64,000 bases of DNA from Candidatus Eiseniibacteriota bacterium (GTDB taxonomy: Bacteria; Eisenbacteria; RBG-16-71-46; CAIMUX01; VGJL01), in contig JBHGAY010000029.1 of assembly GCA_041946735.1 (NCBI GenBank), positions 1-64,000 on the forward strand, written 5' to 3'. A program made the position numbers and the translations under genes. Within the stretch, counting starts at the first letter, position 1, and the number at the start of each line of letters is the position of its first letter. This document shows, piece by piece, positions 9,618 through 19,247 of this stretch. The notes under the pieces are model-generated. The model had not been told where the DNA came from. It worked only from the letters and a program-made list of their open reading frames with translations, and ran no database searches.

Positions 9618-10127
9618 ATGATCCGCTCTCTCCTGAGATCCGTCACTCTCCTGGCCGTTCTTCACGGCGCTCTCCTGATGACCGGCCGGCCCGCCATTGC
9701 CGGCGGGCTGGGCCTCGCGGTCAATCCTCGCTACTCGCTCGAATGTTCCGCAGACACCTACGCCCTCGGCGACTCGGTGCTCTTCCGGTGGACGAACAAC
9801 ACCGACTCGAGCCTCGTCGCCTCGTACCAGCCGCCCTTTGACATCCACGACATGGCGACCGGAGAGTTGGTCTACGCCGGAGAGCTCCCGACGGAATATT
9901 GGCTTGGCCCGCACCAATACGTGGATCTCGTGTGGGATCAGAGGGACTGGTTCGGCAATCTCGTGCCTCCGGGAGACTACCGCGTGTCGATCTGGTTCAC
10001 GTTCAACGGCAACCCACCTCCGCCGTCCGACGAGGTCGAGGACTTCTTCGAGATCCTTGCGCCGACGCCGGTCGATCCCGCTCGCCCGGCTCGCTCCTGG
10101 GGACGGTTGAGGGGGTCGTACCGCTGA
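9618..10127 (+). CDS. Secreted Ig-like protein with C-terminal SWG motif
   Basis: Signal peptide, WDQRDWFGNLVPPGDYRV, and terminal TPVDP..RSWGRLRGSYR. GGAGG RBS. Confidence 0.7.
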   Translation: MIRSLLRSVTLLAVLHGALLMTGRPAIAGGLGLAVNPRYSLECSADTYALGDSVLFRWTNNTDSSLVASYQPPFDIHDMATGELVYAGELPTEYWLGPHQYVDLVWDQRDWFGNLVPPGDYRVSIWFTFNGNPPPPSDEVEDFFEILAPTPVDPARPARSWGRLRGSYR

Positions 10128-10657
10128 GCGCGGACAGAACGCTCCCCGGCCGCATTCGATGCGTCTGCCTCGACTGGGGCGGAACGTTGATGCGGGAGGA
10201 CGGCCCCGCCGATCTCCCGATGGCGATGTGGCCCGAGGTGGAGGCCGTCCCGGGCGCGAAGGAGACGCTCGAGGCGCTCGCGAGCGAGTACCGGCTGGCG
10301 ATCGCGACGAACGCCACCGTGTCCAGCCGCCCGATGATCACAAGCGCCCTCGAGCGGGCCGGTATCGCCGCGCCGATCTCCGATATCTTCTGCTTCACCG
10401 AGATAGGGGCGAAGAAGGACACCGAGGCGTTCTGGAAATGCGTCGCGGATCGGCTCGAAGCCGCCCCCGAAGAGATCGCGATGGTCGGGGATTCGCTCGA
10501 GCAGGACGTGCTCGGCCCGCGTCGCTTCGGGGTCTTCTCGATATGGTTCAATGAGGATGGGAAGCGGGAGGGGCCGCACGAGGGCGTTCCCATCATTCAC
10601 CGGCTCGCGGACCTGCCCGCGCTGCTGCAAGGCCGGTCCGGCAAGCCACCGGAGTAG
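10124..10657 (+). CDS. HAD-superfamily hydrolase (probable CTG start overlapping the upstream TGA)
   Basis: CLDWGGTL (motif I), IATNA, GAKK and MVGDSLEQDV. GAGGGGG lies 8 nt upstream of the in-frame CTG. Confidence 0.8.
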   Translation: MSADRTLPGRIRCVCLDWGGTLMREDGPADLPMAMWPEVEAVPGAKETLEALASEYRLAIATNATVSSRPMITSALERAGIAAPISDIFCFTEIGAKKDTEAFWKCVADRLEAAPEEIAMVGDSLEQDVLGPRRFGVFSIWFNEDGKREGPHEGVPIIHRLADLPALLQGRSGKPPE

Positions 10658-10728
10658 AGCACCCGGCCGCACCGTCCTCCAGGCGAGCGACGACGGCGCC
10701 CGATCAGGACGAGAACGAGGAGCAAGCG

Positions 10729-11013
10729 ATGGTTCTTCTGAGAATCGAGCACCCGGTTCCCGACTACGACGGCTGGAAGCGAGCGTTCGACAGCGATCCG
10801 GTGGGGCGGCAGCAGTCCGGCGTCCGTCGCTACCGGATCTCCCGCCCCATCGATGATCCCCATTACGTGACGATCGACCTGGAACTCGACACGGTCGCCG
10901 AGGCGGAGTCGCTGCTGGCAAGCCTGCAGATCCTCTGGAATCGAGTCGAGGGGCAGGTGATGACCGGCCCACGCTCGCGGATCCTCGAATTGCTGGAGGT
11001 GCAGGCCTACTGA
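10729..11013 (+). CDS. Small conserved protein, dimeric alpha-beta barrel-like
   Basis: HPVPDYDGWKRAFDSDP...R..DDPHYVTIDLE. GAGGAG RBS. Confidence 0.65.
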   Translation: MVLLRIEHPVPDYDGWKRAFDSDPVGRQQSGVRRYRISRPIDDPHYVTIDLELDTVAEAESLLASLQILWNRVEGQVMTGPRSRILELLEVQAY

Positions 11014-11199
11014 AGCAAGGCCGTGTCGGGGCGAGGGTGCGCGGAGATGACCGGGCCCTGATCAGCGCATAAGGCGCGAAGGGCCGCGGCCGCCGTCGAC
11101 CGCGCCTGGCCGAGCCTGTATCTTCTCCCCCGAACGGCCCGTCCGGGCCGACGCGCGCACGGGTCGCCCGCCCGTCGCGGTTTCCTTGGAGGCCTCTGT

Positions 11200-12654
11200 T
11201 TGAGCACACGCCGGCGCACCTCGGCCGACATCGGCGCCTCGGCCTCTCCGGCCGGCCCTCTGCCCCCGCCGCCCGGGGAGCCGGAGCGCAGCCAACGGAT
11301 CTCGATCCTCGAAGGATCCTTCGCGAACATCCATCTGACGATCACCGGCGGGTCGCTCGTCACGGCCTACGCGCTCATGCTCGGCGCGAACGACTTCCAC
11401 CTCGGGCTCGTCGGCGGACTGACCGCGCTCGCCACCCTAGGCTCGATCCTCGGCGCGCAGTGGGTGACGAGCCTCGGCGGGCGCAAGCCTCTCTCCGTCG
11501 CCGCCTCTCCGACCGGCCGGATCCTCTGGGCGCTGCTCTGCGTGCTGCCGTTCCTGTCGATTGCGCCCGCGGTGAAGCTCCTCCTCTTCTTCTCGGTGAT
11601 CCTGATCGGCAACGGACTCGTGAACCTGTCCGGGACCTCGTGGCTCTCGTGGATGACCGACCTCGTCCCGATCGAGCGGCGCGGGCGCTACTTCGCGACG
11701 CGCAACGCGATCCTGGGCGCGGTCGGAATGGCGACGAGCTACGCCGCCGGCCGCTCCTTCGACGGGTTCGTCGCCCGCGGCGCGCCTGAGCAAGGCTTCG
11801 CCGTGCTCTTCGGCGTGGCCGCCTTCTTCGCCGCGCTGGCCGGCATCACGCTCACGCGGCAATGGGAGCCTCCGATGCGCGGGGAGCGCCCCCGCGGGAT
11901 CGTCGAGACGCTCCGCCATCCGATCGCGGACCGCCGCTTCCGCCGCCTGCTCACCTTCCTCGTCCTCTGGTCGATCGCGACCGGCGTCGCGAGCCCCTTC
12001 TTCGCGGCGCACATGATCAAGAACCTGCGCATGAGCTTCTCGCAGATCGCGATCTACTCGATCCTCGCGGGGGTCATGAACCTCGTGACGCTCCCGTTCT
12101 GGGGAAAGGTGATCGACCGCGTCGGGAACCGCCCCGTCCTCGCCTGGAACGTCGGCGCGGTCGTGACGCTGCCGCTCCTGTGGCTCTTCGCCACCCCCTC
12201 CTTCCTGCTGCCGATCTGGATCGACGCGATCCTGACCGGCCTCTTCTGGCCCGGCTTGACGCTCGCGACGTTCAACCTCGTCCTGGCGACGGCGCCCGAG
12301 GAGAACCGCACCGCCTATCTCGGCATGCAGGCGGCGGCGGTCGGCGTCTTCACGTTCGCCTCCTCGCTCCTGGGCGGAGTCCTGGCGAAGGCGCTGGACG
12401 ACTTCCACGCCACCGTCGGCCCGACGGCGCTTCTCAACTTCCACCTGCTCTACATCCTCTCGGCCGTGCTGCGGCTCGCGATCCTGCCGCTCGTCTTCCA
12501 CCTTCGGGAGGAGCGGGCGCAGACGGTCGCGGCGCTCCTCGACCTGGTGGGCGACAAGGTGTCCCAGCGCTTCCACGAGGGGCTGCAATCGGGTGTCGCG
12601 ATCCTCCGGAAGATGGGAGGCAACGGGAAGATCGGGGGCAACGGGGAAGGCTGA
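11200..12654 (+). CDS. MFS transporter
   Basis: About 12 TM segments, [20 protein letters not shown] and [15 protein letters not shown] start after GGAGG. Confidence 0.85.
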   Translation: MSTRRRTSADIGASASPAGPLPPPPGEPERSQRISILEGSFANIHLTITGGSLVTAYALMLGANDFHLGLVGGLTALATLGSILGAQWVTSLGGRKPLSVAASPTGRILWALLCVLPFLSIAPAVKLLLFFSVILIGNGLVNLSGTSWLSWMTDLVPIERRGRYFATRNAILGAVGMATSYAAGRSFDGFVARGAPEQGFAVLFGVAAFFAALAGITLTRQWEPPMRGERPRGIVETLRHPIADRRFRRLLTFLVLWSIATGVASPFFAAHMIKNLRMSFSQIAIYSILAGVMNLVTLPFWGKVIDRVGNRPVLAWNVGAVVTLPLLWLFATPSFLLPIWIDAILTGLFWPGLTLATFNLVLATAPEENRTAYLGMQAAAVGVFTFASSLLGGVLAKALDDFHATVGPTALLNFHLLYILSAVLRLAILPLVFHLREERAQTVAALLDLVGDKVSQRFHEGLQSGVAILRKMGGNGKIGGNGEG

Positions 12655-12680
12655 AAGCCCTACAATCCCCGGGTATCCCG

Positions 12681-12710
12681 GCCGCCAATGGTCGCCAGTG
12701 GCCGCCAGTG
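12681..12710. repeat. 10-bp tandem repeat x3 upstream of glnS
   Basis: gccgccaatg gtcgccagtg gccgccagtg. Confidence 0.6.
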
Positions 12711-12788
12711 GCGGGCCGGCGTGCAAGCGTGACGGATCCGAGCGAGAAGACTGCAAGAGGACTCAGGAAAGGACCGGAGAGGAAGAAG

Positions 12789-14558
12789 ATGCCAGAAGCG
12801 ACGAGACCGCCGGAGAAGAAGGAAGGCCTGGAGCCCGCCGAGACCGAAGACGAGCGGACGAGCCCGTCCGGCCGCCCCTCGCTCGACTTCATCCGGGCGA
12901 TCGTCGCCGACGATCTCGCGACCGGCAAGCACACGCACATCCAGACGCGCTTCCCGCCCGAGCCGAACGGCTACCTCCACATCGGCCACGCGAAGGCGTT
13001 CGCGCTGAACTTCGGGATCGCGGCGGAGTTCGGCGGGAAGTGCAACCTCCGCTTCGACGACACGAACCCCGAGAAGGAGGACGTCGAGTACGTCGACTCG
13101 ATCCAGGAGGACATCCGCTGGCTGGGCTTCGACTGGGGAGACCGCCTCTTCTTCGCGTCGGACTATTTCGAGCGGCTCTATGCCTGGGCGCAGAAGCTGA
13201 TCCGCGACGGCAAGGCGTATGTCTGCGACCTCTCGGCCGACCAGATGCGCGAGTACCGAGGGACGTTGACCGAGCCGGGACGGAACAGCCCCTACCGCAA
13301 CCGGTCCGTCGAGGAGAATCTCGACCTGTTCGCGCGGATGCGGGCCGGCGAGTTCAACGACGGCGCGCGCGTGCTGCGCGCGAAGATCGACATGGCGGCG
13401 CCGAACGTGAACCTGCGCGACCCGGTCATGTACCGGATCCGCCGCGCCCATCATCACCGGACGGGCGACGCCTGGTGCATCTATCCCTCCTACGACTGGG
13501 CGCACGGCCAGTCGGACGCGATCGAGGGGATCACCCACTCGCTCTGCTCGCTCGAGTTCGAGGATCACCGGCCGCTCTACGACTGGTTCCTCGACCAGCT
13601 CGGCCTTCCCGAGCAGCCTCGACAGATCGAGTTCGCGCGCCTGAACCTGACCTATACGGTCATGTCCAAGCGCAAGCTCCGCGAGCTGGTCGCGGGCGGC
13701 TTCGTGCGCGGCTGGGACGATCCGCGCATGCCGACGCTCGCGGCGATGCGCCGCCGAGGCTTCCCGCCCGAAGCGATCCGCGCGTTCCTCGAGCGCGTCG
13801 GCGTCGCCAAGCGCGACTCGGTCGTCGAGTACTCGCTCCTCGAGCACGCCGTGCGCGAGGAGCTGAACCGGCGCGCGCCGCGCGTCATGGGTGTGCTACG
13901 GCCTCTCGAAGTCGTGATCGACAACTATCCCGAGGACCAGGTCGAGGAGATGCCGATCGGCGTGAATCCCGAGGACCCCGGCGCCGGCACGCGAATGGTG
14001 CCGTTCTCGCGGACGATCTGGATCGAGCAGGACGACTTCCGTGAGACGCCGCCGCCGAAGTACCACCGCCTCTTCCCGGGCAGCGAGGTGCGCCTGCGCG
14101 GCGCCTATCTGGTGCGCTGCACGAGCGTCGAGAAGGACGGCTCCGGCGCGGTCGTGCGCGTGCACTGCACCTACGATCCCCAGTCGAAGGGCGGCTCGAG
14201 CCCCGACGGACGGAAGGTCAAGGGGACGATCCACTGGGTCTCGGCGCGGCACGCCGTCCGGGCGGAGGTGCGGCTCTACGAGCATCTGTTCCTGTCGCCG
14301 TTTCCGGAGGAGGGCGGGCGCGACTTCAAGGAGGCGATCAACCCGGAATCGCTGGAGGTGATCGGCGAAGCCTGGGTCGAGCCGAGCGTCGCGGGCGCCC
14401 GTCCCGGCGATCGGTTCCAGTTCGAGAGGATCGGCTACTTCTGCGTCGATCCGGATTCGCGGCCGGGGGACGGTGGCGCGCCCGGGCAGATCGTCTTCAA
14501 TCGGGTCGTCACGCTCCGCGACAGCTGGGCGAAAATCGAGCAGAAGGCCGGGGCGTAG
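12789..14558 (+). CDS. glnS: Glutamine--tRNA ligase
   Basis: [43 protein letters not shown] and FQFERIGYF. Confidence 0.97.
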   Translation: MPEATRPPEKKEGLEPAETEDERTSPSGRPSLDFIRAIVADDLATGKHTHIQTRFPPEPNGYLHIGHAKAFALNFGIAAEFGGKCNLRFDDTNPEKEDVEYVDSIQEDIRWLGFDWGDRLFFASDYFERLYAWAQKLIRDGKAYVCDLSADQMREYRGTLTEPGRNSPYRNRSVEENLDLFARMRAGEFNDGARVLRAKIDMAAPNVNLRDPVMYRIRRAHHHRTGDAWCIYPSYDWAHGQSDAIEGITHSLCSLEFEDHRPLYDWFLDQLGLPEQPRQIEFARLNLTYTVMSKRKLRELVAGGFVRGWDDPRMPTLAAMRRRGFPPEAIRAFLERVGVAKRDSVVEYSLLEHAVREELNRRAPRVMGVLRPLEVVIDNYPEDQVEEMPIGVNPEDPGAGTRMVPFSRTIWIEQDDFRETPPPKYHRLFPGSEVRLRGAYLVRCTSVEKDGSGAVVRVHCTYDPQSKGGSSPDGRKVKGTIHWVSARHAVRAEVRLYEHLFLSPFPEEGGRDFKEAINPESLEVIGEAWVEPSVAGARPGDRFQFERIGYFCVDPDSRPGDGGAPGQIVFNRVVTLRDSWAKIEQKAGA

Positions 14559-14601
14559 TCCGAGAGGCGAAGAGCCATCGCGCGCGCGGACGGCGCGTGC
14601 G

Positions 14602-16080
14602 CTACGCGGCCGGCAGCTTCTCCAGCGCCCGCTCGATCCGGCGCACGCAGCGCTCCTTGCCGAGCGTCTCCATCAGCTCCCACAGGCCCGGGCCGCCGCC
14701 GACCCCGGTGCAGGCGAGACGCAGCGGGTGGATCAGCTCGCCTTTCGCGACGTCGCGCTCCTCGGCAAACGCGCTGACCGTCCTCTCGATCGAAGGGACG
14801 TCGAAGCGCTCGAGCGCGGCGAGGCGCGGGAGCAGGCCGCGCAGCAGCGCCGGGGTCGTCTCAGGCTTCCAGCGCTTCGCGACCGTCGCCGCCTCGTAGT
14901 CCTGCGGCTCCTCGAAGAACCAGCTCGCCCGCTCCACGATCTCGCGCACGAACGTGACGCGCTCGCGCATCAGGTCGACGACGCGCGCGAGGTAGGCATC
15001 GTCGAAACCGTTCGCCGCCGCCCAGCCGCGCTCGTCGAGCAGCGGGCGCAGCTCGCGGACGAGCAGCTCCGCGGGCCGCCGTTGCACGTACTGCTGCTGG
15101 ATCCACTGGAGCTTCTCGACGTTGAAGATCGCCCCGGACTTGCCGACCCGGTCGAGCGAGAACGCCTCGACCAGCTCCTCGAGCGTGAAGATCTCCCTCT
15201 CGTCGCCCGGATTCCATCCGAGGAAGGCGACGAAGTTCACGAGCGCCTCGGGAAAGTAGCCCTGGTCACGGTAGTCGGTCACGGCAACGTCCGCCTGCCG
15301 CTTGCTCAGCTTCGATCGGTCGGTACCGAGGAGCAGAGGCAGGTGCGCGAACTGCGGCAGGTCCCAGCCGAGGGCGCGGTAGAGGATCAGATGCTTCGGC
15401 GTCGACGACAGCCACTCTTCGCCTCGAATCACGTGGGTGACCCCCATCGCGTGATCGTCGACGACGTTCGCGAGGTGGTACGTCGGGAATCCATCGGACT
15501 TCAGCAGGACCTGGTCGTCGAGGATCTCGCTGTCGATCGCCACCTCGCCCCGCACGAGATCGTCGAGCCGGATCGTCTCGTTGTCGGGAATGCGGAGACG
15601 CACGACGTGCGGCAACCCCTCGCGCTTCTTCGCCTCGACTTCCTGGAGCGATAGGGATAGACATGCCCGGTCGTACTTAGGATTCTCCTTCGCCGCCTGC
15701 CGCGCCTTGCGCACGGCGTCGATCCGCTCCGGAGTGCAGAAGCAGAGGTAGGCGTGGCCGCTCGCGAGCAGCCGGTCGGCCGCCTCGCGATAGAGCGCAA
15801 GCCGCCCCGACTGGAAGTAGGGAGCGCACGGCCCGCCGATCCCCGGTCCCTCGTCGTAGGTCAGTCCCGCCCAGCGCAGCGACTCGAGCAGCGTCTCGAC
15901 CGCCCCCTCGACGTAGCGTGTGCGGTCCGTGTCCTCGATCCGCAGGACGAAGACACCCCCGTGCTTGCGGGCGAAGAGGTAGTTGTAGAGAGCCGTCCGC
16001 AACCCTCCGACGTGGAGGAAGCCGGTCGGGCTCGGCGCGAAACGAACGCGCACTTGTGCTTTCTGCTGGCTGCTGCTCAT
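14602..16080 (-). CDS. gltX: Glutamate--tRNA ligase
   Basis: RFAPSPTGFLHVGG, LRIEDTD, PTYHLANVVDD, VIRGEEW and KLSKR. Confidence 0.97.
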   Translation of the reverse strand: MSSSQQKAQVRVRFAPSPTGFLHVGGLRTALYNYLFARKHGGVFVLRIEDTDRTRYVEGAVETLLESLRWAGLTYDEGPGIGGPCAPYFQSGRLALYREAADRLLASGHAYLCFCTPERIDAVRKARQAAKENPKYDRACLSLSLQEVEAKKREGLPHVVRLRIPDNETIRLDDLVRGEVAIDSEILDDQVLLKSDGFPTYHLANVVDDHAMGVTHVIRGEEWLSSTPKHLILYRALGWDLPQFAHLPLLLGTDRSKLSKRQADVAVTDYRDQGYFPEALVNFVAFLGWNPGDEREIFTLEELVEAFSLDRVGKSGAIFNVEKLQWIQQQYVQRRPAELLVRELRPLLDERGWAAANGFDDAYLARVVDLMRERVTFVREIVERASWFFEEPQDYEAATVAKRWKPETTPALLRGLLPRLAALERFDVPSIERTVSAFAEERDVAKGELIHPLRLACTGVGGGPGLWELMETLGKERCVRRIERALEKLPAA

Positions 16081-16121
16081 CGGATCCTTCTCGATGGGAT
16101 CGAGGTCTCGGGGTTGTCAGC

Positions 16122-16159
16122 GACTCGGACTCGGAGTCGGGCTCCGACTCGGACTCGGA
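16122..16159. repeat. Hexamer (GACTCG-like) tandem repeat upstream of gltX
   Basis: gactcg gactcg gagtcg ggctcc gactcg gactcg ga. Confidence 0.7.
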
Positions 16160-16236
16160 AGGCCCGAGGGTAGCAGCGGCGGCGGGCGGCCGGCAACGCC
16201 GGGCTCGAGTTCGCGTGGTCCGACGCGATGATTCGA

Positions 16237-19131
16237 TCAGCGCAGGCGTACGACCGGCGCCGTCTCGCGCGCGCCGCCCGCCGTCTCGATCTGCATGTAA
16301 TAGATCCCCGAGGCGACCGGCCGGCCCGCGTCATCGCGGCCATCCCATGCGACCCGGCCCAGGCCGGCCGGCTCGACGGCCGCATCGCGAAGTCGCGCGA
16401 TTCTCCGTCCCGAAGGATCGTAAACGCCGATCGTGACCGGAGCGGCCGCGCGCAGACGGTAGGTGAGCACCGCGCCTGCCTCCGACTCCGACGGGTTTGG
16501 CGCGACGGAAACGATCAGCCGCCCCGGCGCGCGGCCGCCCGGGAGATCCTCGCCGCCCGCCGGGGAGTCGTCCTCATTGAGCGCGAGGGTCTGGTTGATC
16601 CCGACGCCCGCGCGGCGCTGCACGATTCCGCTGGGCCAACGCACGACGACGCTGTCGACGATCGTCGCCTTGCCGAGGCCGAAGTGGACGATCCGCGAGT
16701 TCTGCGAGAGGAAGCCGGAGCCGGTGCCGACCTCGCGCATCTGCGCCTTCCCGTCCGCGTAGATGCGCACGACGGCGCCGATCGCGTCCCGATTGCTCAC
16801 GACGCCTCGCAGCACGATCTCGAGCGAGGGGTTCCCCGCCGAGGCGAGGTCGTTGCGGAAGAGACGGTTCATCCCGTTGTTGTTCGCGACGTAGAGATCG
16901 AGGTCGCCGTCGCGGTCGTAGTCGCTGAAGCTCCCGGAGTAACCCATGCCGCGGTCGTTGATCGGAGCTTCGGACGCGTCGGTGAAGGTTCCGTCTCCGC
17001 TGTTGTGAAGGAGCTTGTTCGCGCCGTCGCTCTCGACGAGGTAGAGATCGAGCCAGCCGTCGTTGTCGTAGTCCCCCCAGGTCACCGACCGCGTGCTCCC
17101 CTCGTCCCCCAGCGGGTCGTCGGTGACGTCGGTGAACACGTCTCCGCCGTCGTTGCGGAAGAGATGATTGCGGGACGTCCGATTGGCGAGGTAGAGATCG
17201 AGGTCGCCGTCGTTGTCCGCATCCCCCCACGCGGCGCCGGATCCGTTGCCGTCATCCCCGAGCGGGCCGCTCGTGACGTCCGTGAAGCCGGACGCGCCGT
17301 CGTTACGGAAAAGGTGGTTCGGCCCGAGCGCCGTGACGTACAAGTCGGCGTCTCCGTCGCCGTCGTAGTCCCCCCAGACGGCATCGCGACAGCTTCCGCG
17401 ATAGCGCACCGGAGTGTCGGCAACATCGGTGAATCCGTCCGCCCCGTCGTTGCGGAACAGCCGGTTCCCGTCGTCGTTCGTGCGCGCCAGGTACAGATCC
17501 AGGTCGCCGTCGTTGTCGTAGTCGGCCCAGGCCGCCTGCGTCTGGTCCCCGCTGGACGAGAAGAGCTGCGTGTCGGCGAACGTGCCATCCCCTTGATTGC
17601 GATAGAGACGGGAAGGCTCTCTCCACGTCGCCACGAATAGGTCCCGCCAACCGTCCCCGTCGTAGTCGCCCCAGGTTGCGGAGACCGCGTGGAACGGATC
17701 GTCCATCGGGGGGAGGGTCCCGTTCACGAAGCCTCCACCCATCGGGCCCCGGTTGCGGATGACGTTGACGCCCCAGACGCCGCTCAGGACGAGGTCGTCG
17801 AACCCGTCCCCGTCATAGTCGCCCCAGGCTCCCGCGTTCATCTGGATCGAGGCGAGGACGGACGTCGTGACATCCTGCCAGTCGGAGAGCGGCGGCACCG
17901 GATTGCACTCGCCGTAGTCGTAAATGTAGAAGAGCCCGCAGGTCGAGTTGAACATCGCGCTGTGGTTGTGCCCGATCCCCGGAACGACGGCGAGCGTCTG
18001 ATGGAGCGAATCCAGGATCGCGTCGCCGAACACCTTCTTCAAATGCTCCGTGTAGACGATTCCTCGCTCGAGCCGGTAGGCGCCCTCGAGCTCCGCCGGG
18101 CAGCTCTTGTCGAGATAGGTATCGTTCGGGTTGGTGTCCGCGCCCCCAAGCAGATAGACGACGCGGCGCGAGCTGTACTGCGTGGCGAGCGTGGAGTCTC
18201 CGAGGCTCATGTACGGGTTCGGGTCGATCAGGCCGTACTTGTAATGGTTGTAGTCCGGGCAATCGGCGACCGTCGCCGAATCGGGGACGGCAAATTCCCA
18301 GTTCGTCCCCGGAATCCATCGCTCGTCATCGAAATAGATGTAGCAGGATGGATTGGAGACGATGTAGCGGATCGGGATGCCGTAGCTTCCCTCGATCACC
18401 GGGTGGACCTGGTTGCCGGCGGTATACAGGTTGGAGAACTGCCCGCCCGCGGAATGTCCCGTCACGATGATCTGCCGGACGTTCGGCATGTTCTGGACGA
18501 TCCGCATCAGGATCGAATCAGCCACGGCGAAGGAGCTGATGTGGGCCGGACGCGGATGGTCCGCCGTGCTCCACGACTCGTCCCCTTGCCGCCATCCGTA
18601 GTAGAGCCAGTAGGCGTAATCGTTCGGAAGATTGTGCTCCGCGATGTCCCCTTCCACGAGGAACTGCGGGGCGATCACGAAGGTCGAGTCGATCTTGTCG
18701 CTCATCTCCCCGCCGTGCACAACCGCCCAGAAGTACTCGCTCGCGTTGCGCAGCGTCCCGTGCAGGACGAGGATCGCGCGCGTCGCTTCCGGATGCGGCT
18801 CGTCGAGCCGCCCGGTCGCGAAGTAGGGGACCTCGAGCGGGTGGCCACCGACTGTCACGGTCAGCGTCGTGTCGGCGATGCGATCGATGACGTCGTTCGT
18901 GTCCGCGCGCATCTCCTCCAGTGGCGTCCGGGGAATTGGCAGGCCGTCGGGACGGCTCCCGGAGGCGAGCCCGCCAGGAATCGCGAGCAGGACGAGCAGA
19001 AGGAAGAGCAGAGGCCGGGCGGGCAAGACGCGCAGAGCGCCCGACGATAGCCGCGACGGACGCCGGGGCCGGGGGATCAGAGCGCTCGGGTCTCCTCCCC
19101 GACGCGATGGGTGTCCAGGATGCGGTTTCAT
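16237..19131 (-). CDS. Secreted alpha/beta-hydrolase fused to FG-GAP repeats, ASPIC/UnbV domain and FlgD-Ig-like CTD (start approximate)
   Basis: GHSAGGQF nucleophile elbow, repeated WGDYDxDGxxDLY, SNRDAIGA..GFLSQNSRIVHFGLG and WDGRDDAGRPVASGIYY. Confidence 0.85.
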   Translation of the reverse strand: MKPHPGHPSRRGGDPSALIPRPRRPSRLSSGALRVLPARPLLFLLLVLLAIPGGLASGSRPDGLPIPRTPLEEMRADTNDVIDRIADTTLTVTVGGHPLEVPYFATGRLDEPHPEATRAILVLHGTLRNASEYFWAVVHGGEMSDKIDSTFVIAPQFLVEGDIAEHNLPNDYAYWLYYGWRQGDESWSTADHPRPAHISSFAVADSILMRIVQNMPNVRQIIVTGHSAGGQFSNLYTAGNQVHPVIEGSYGIPIRYIVSNPSCYIYFDDERWIPGTNWEFAVPDSATVADCPDYNHYKYGLIDPNPYMSLGDSTLATQYSSRRVVYLLGGADTNPNDTYLDKSCPAELEGAYRLERGIVYTEHLKKVFGDAILDSLHQTLAVVPGIGHNHSAMFNSTCGLFYIYDYGECNPVPPLSDWQDVTTSVLASIQMNAGAWGDYDGDGFDDLVLSGVWGVNVIRNRGPMGGGFVNGTLPPMDDPFHAVSATWGDYDGDGWRDLFVATWREPSRLYRNQGDGTFADTQLFSSSGDQTQAAWADYDNDGDLDLYLARTNDDGNRLFRNDGADGFTDVADTPVRYRGSCRDAVWGDYDGDGDADLYVTALGPNHLFRNDGASGFTDVTSGPLGDDGNGSGAAWGDADNDGDLDLYLANRTSRNHLFRNDGGDVFTDVTDDPLGDEGSTRSVTWGDYDNDGWLDLYLVESDGANKLLHNSGDGTFTDASEAPINDRGMGYSGSFSDYDRDGDLDLYVANNNGMNRLFRNDLASAGNPSLEIVLRGVVSNRDAIGAVVRIYADGKAQMREVGTGSGFLSQNSRIVHFGLGKATIVDSVVVRWPSGIVQRRAGVGINQTLALNEDDSPAGGEDLPGGRAPGRLIVSVAPNPSESEAGAVLTYRLRAAAPVTIGVYDPSGRRIARLRDAAVEPAGLGRVAWDGRDDAGRPVASGIYYMQIETAGGARETAPVVRLR

Positions 19132-19247
19132 CTCGTTACGACGCATTCGAGCATATCAAGAGGCGTGGGGCAGGCTCAAGCTCAGGCGCTCTCGAGCGAG
19201 AGCCTCGAGTGTCGAGCGGGAGGGGTAGAATCCCCGGGGTGGAGAAG

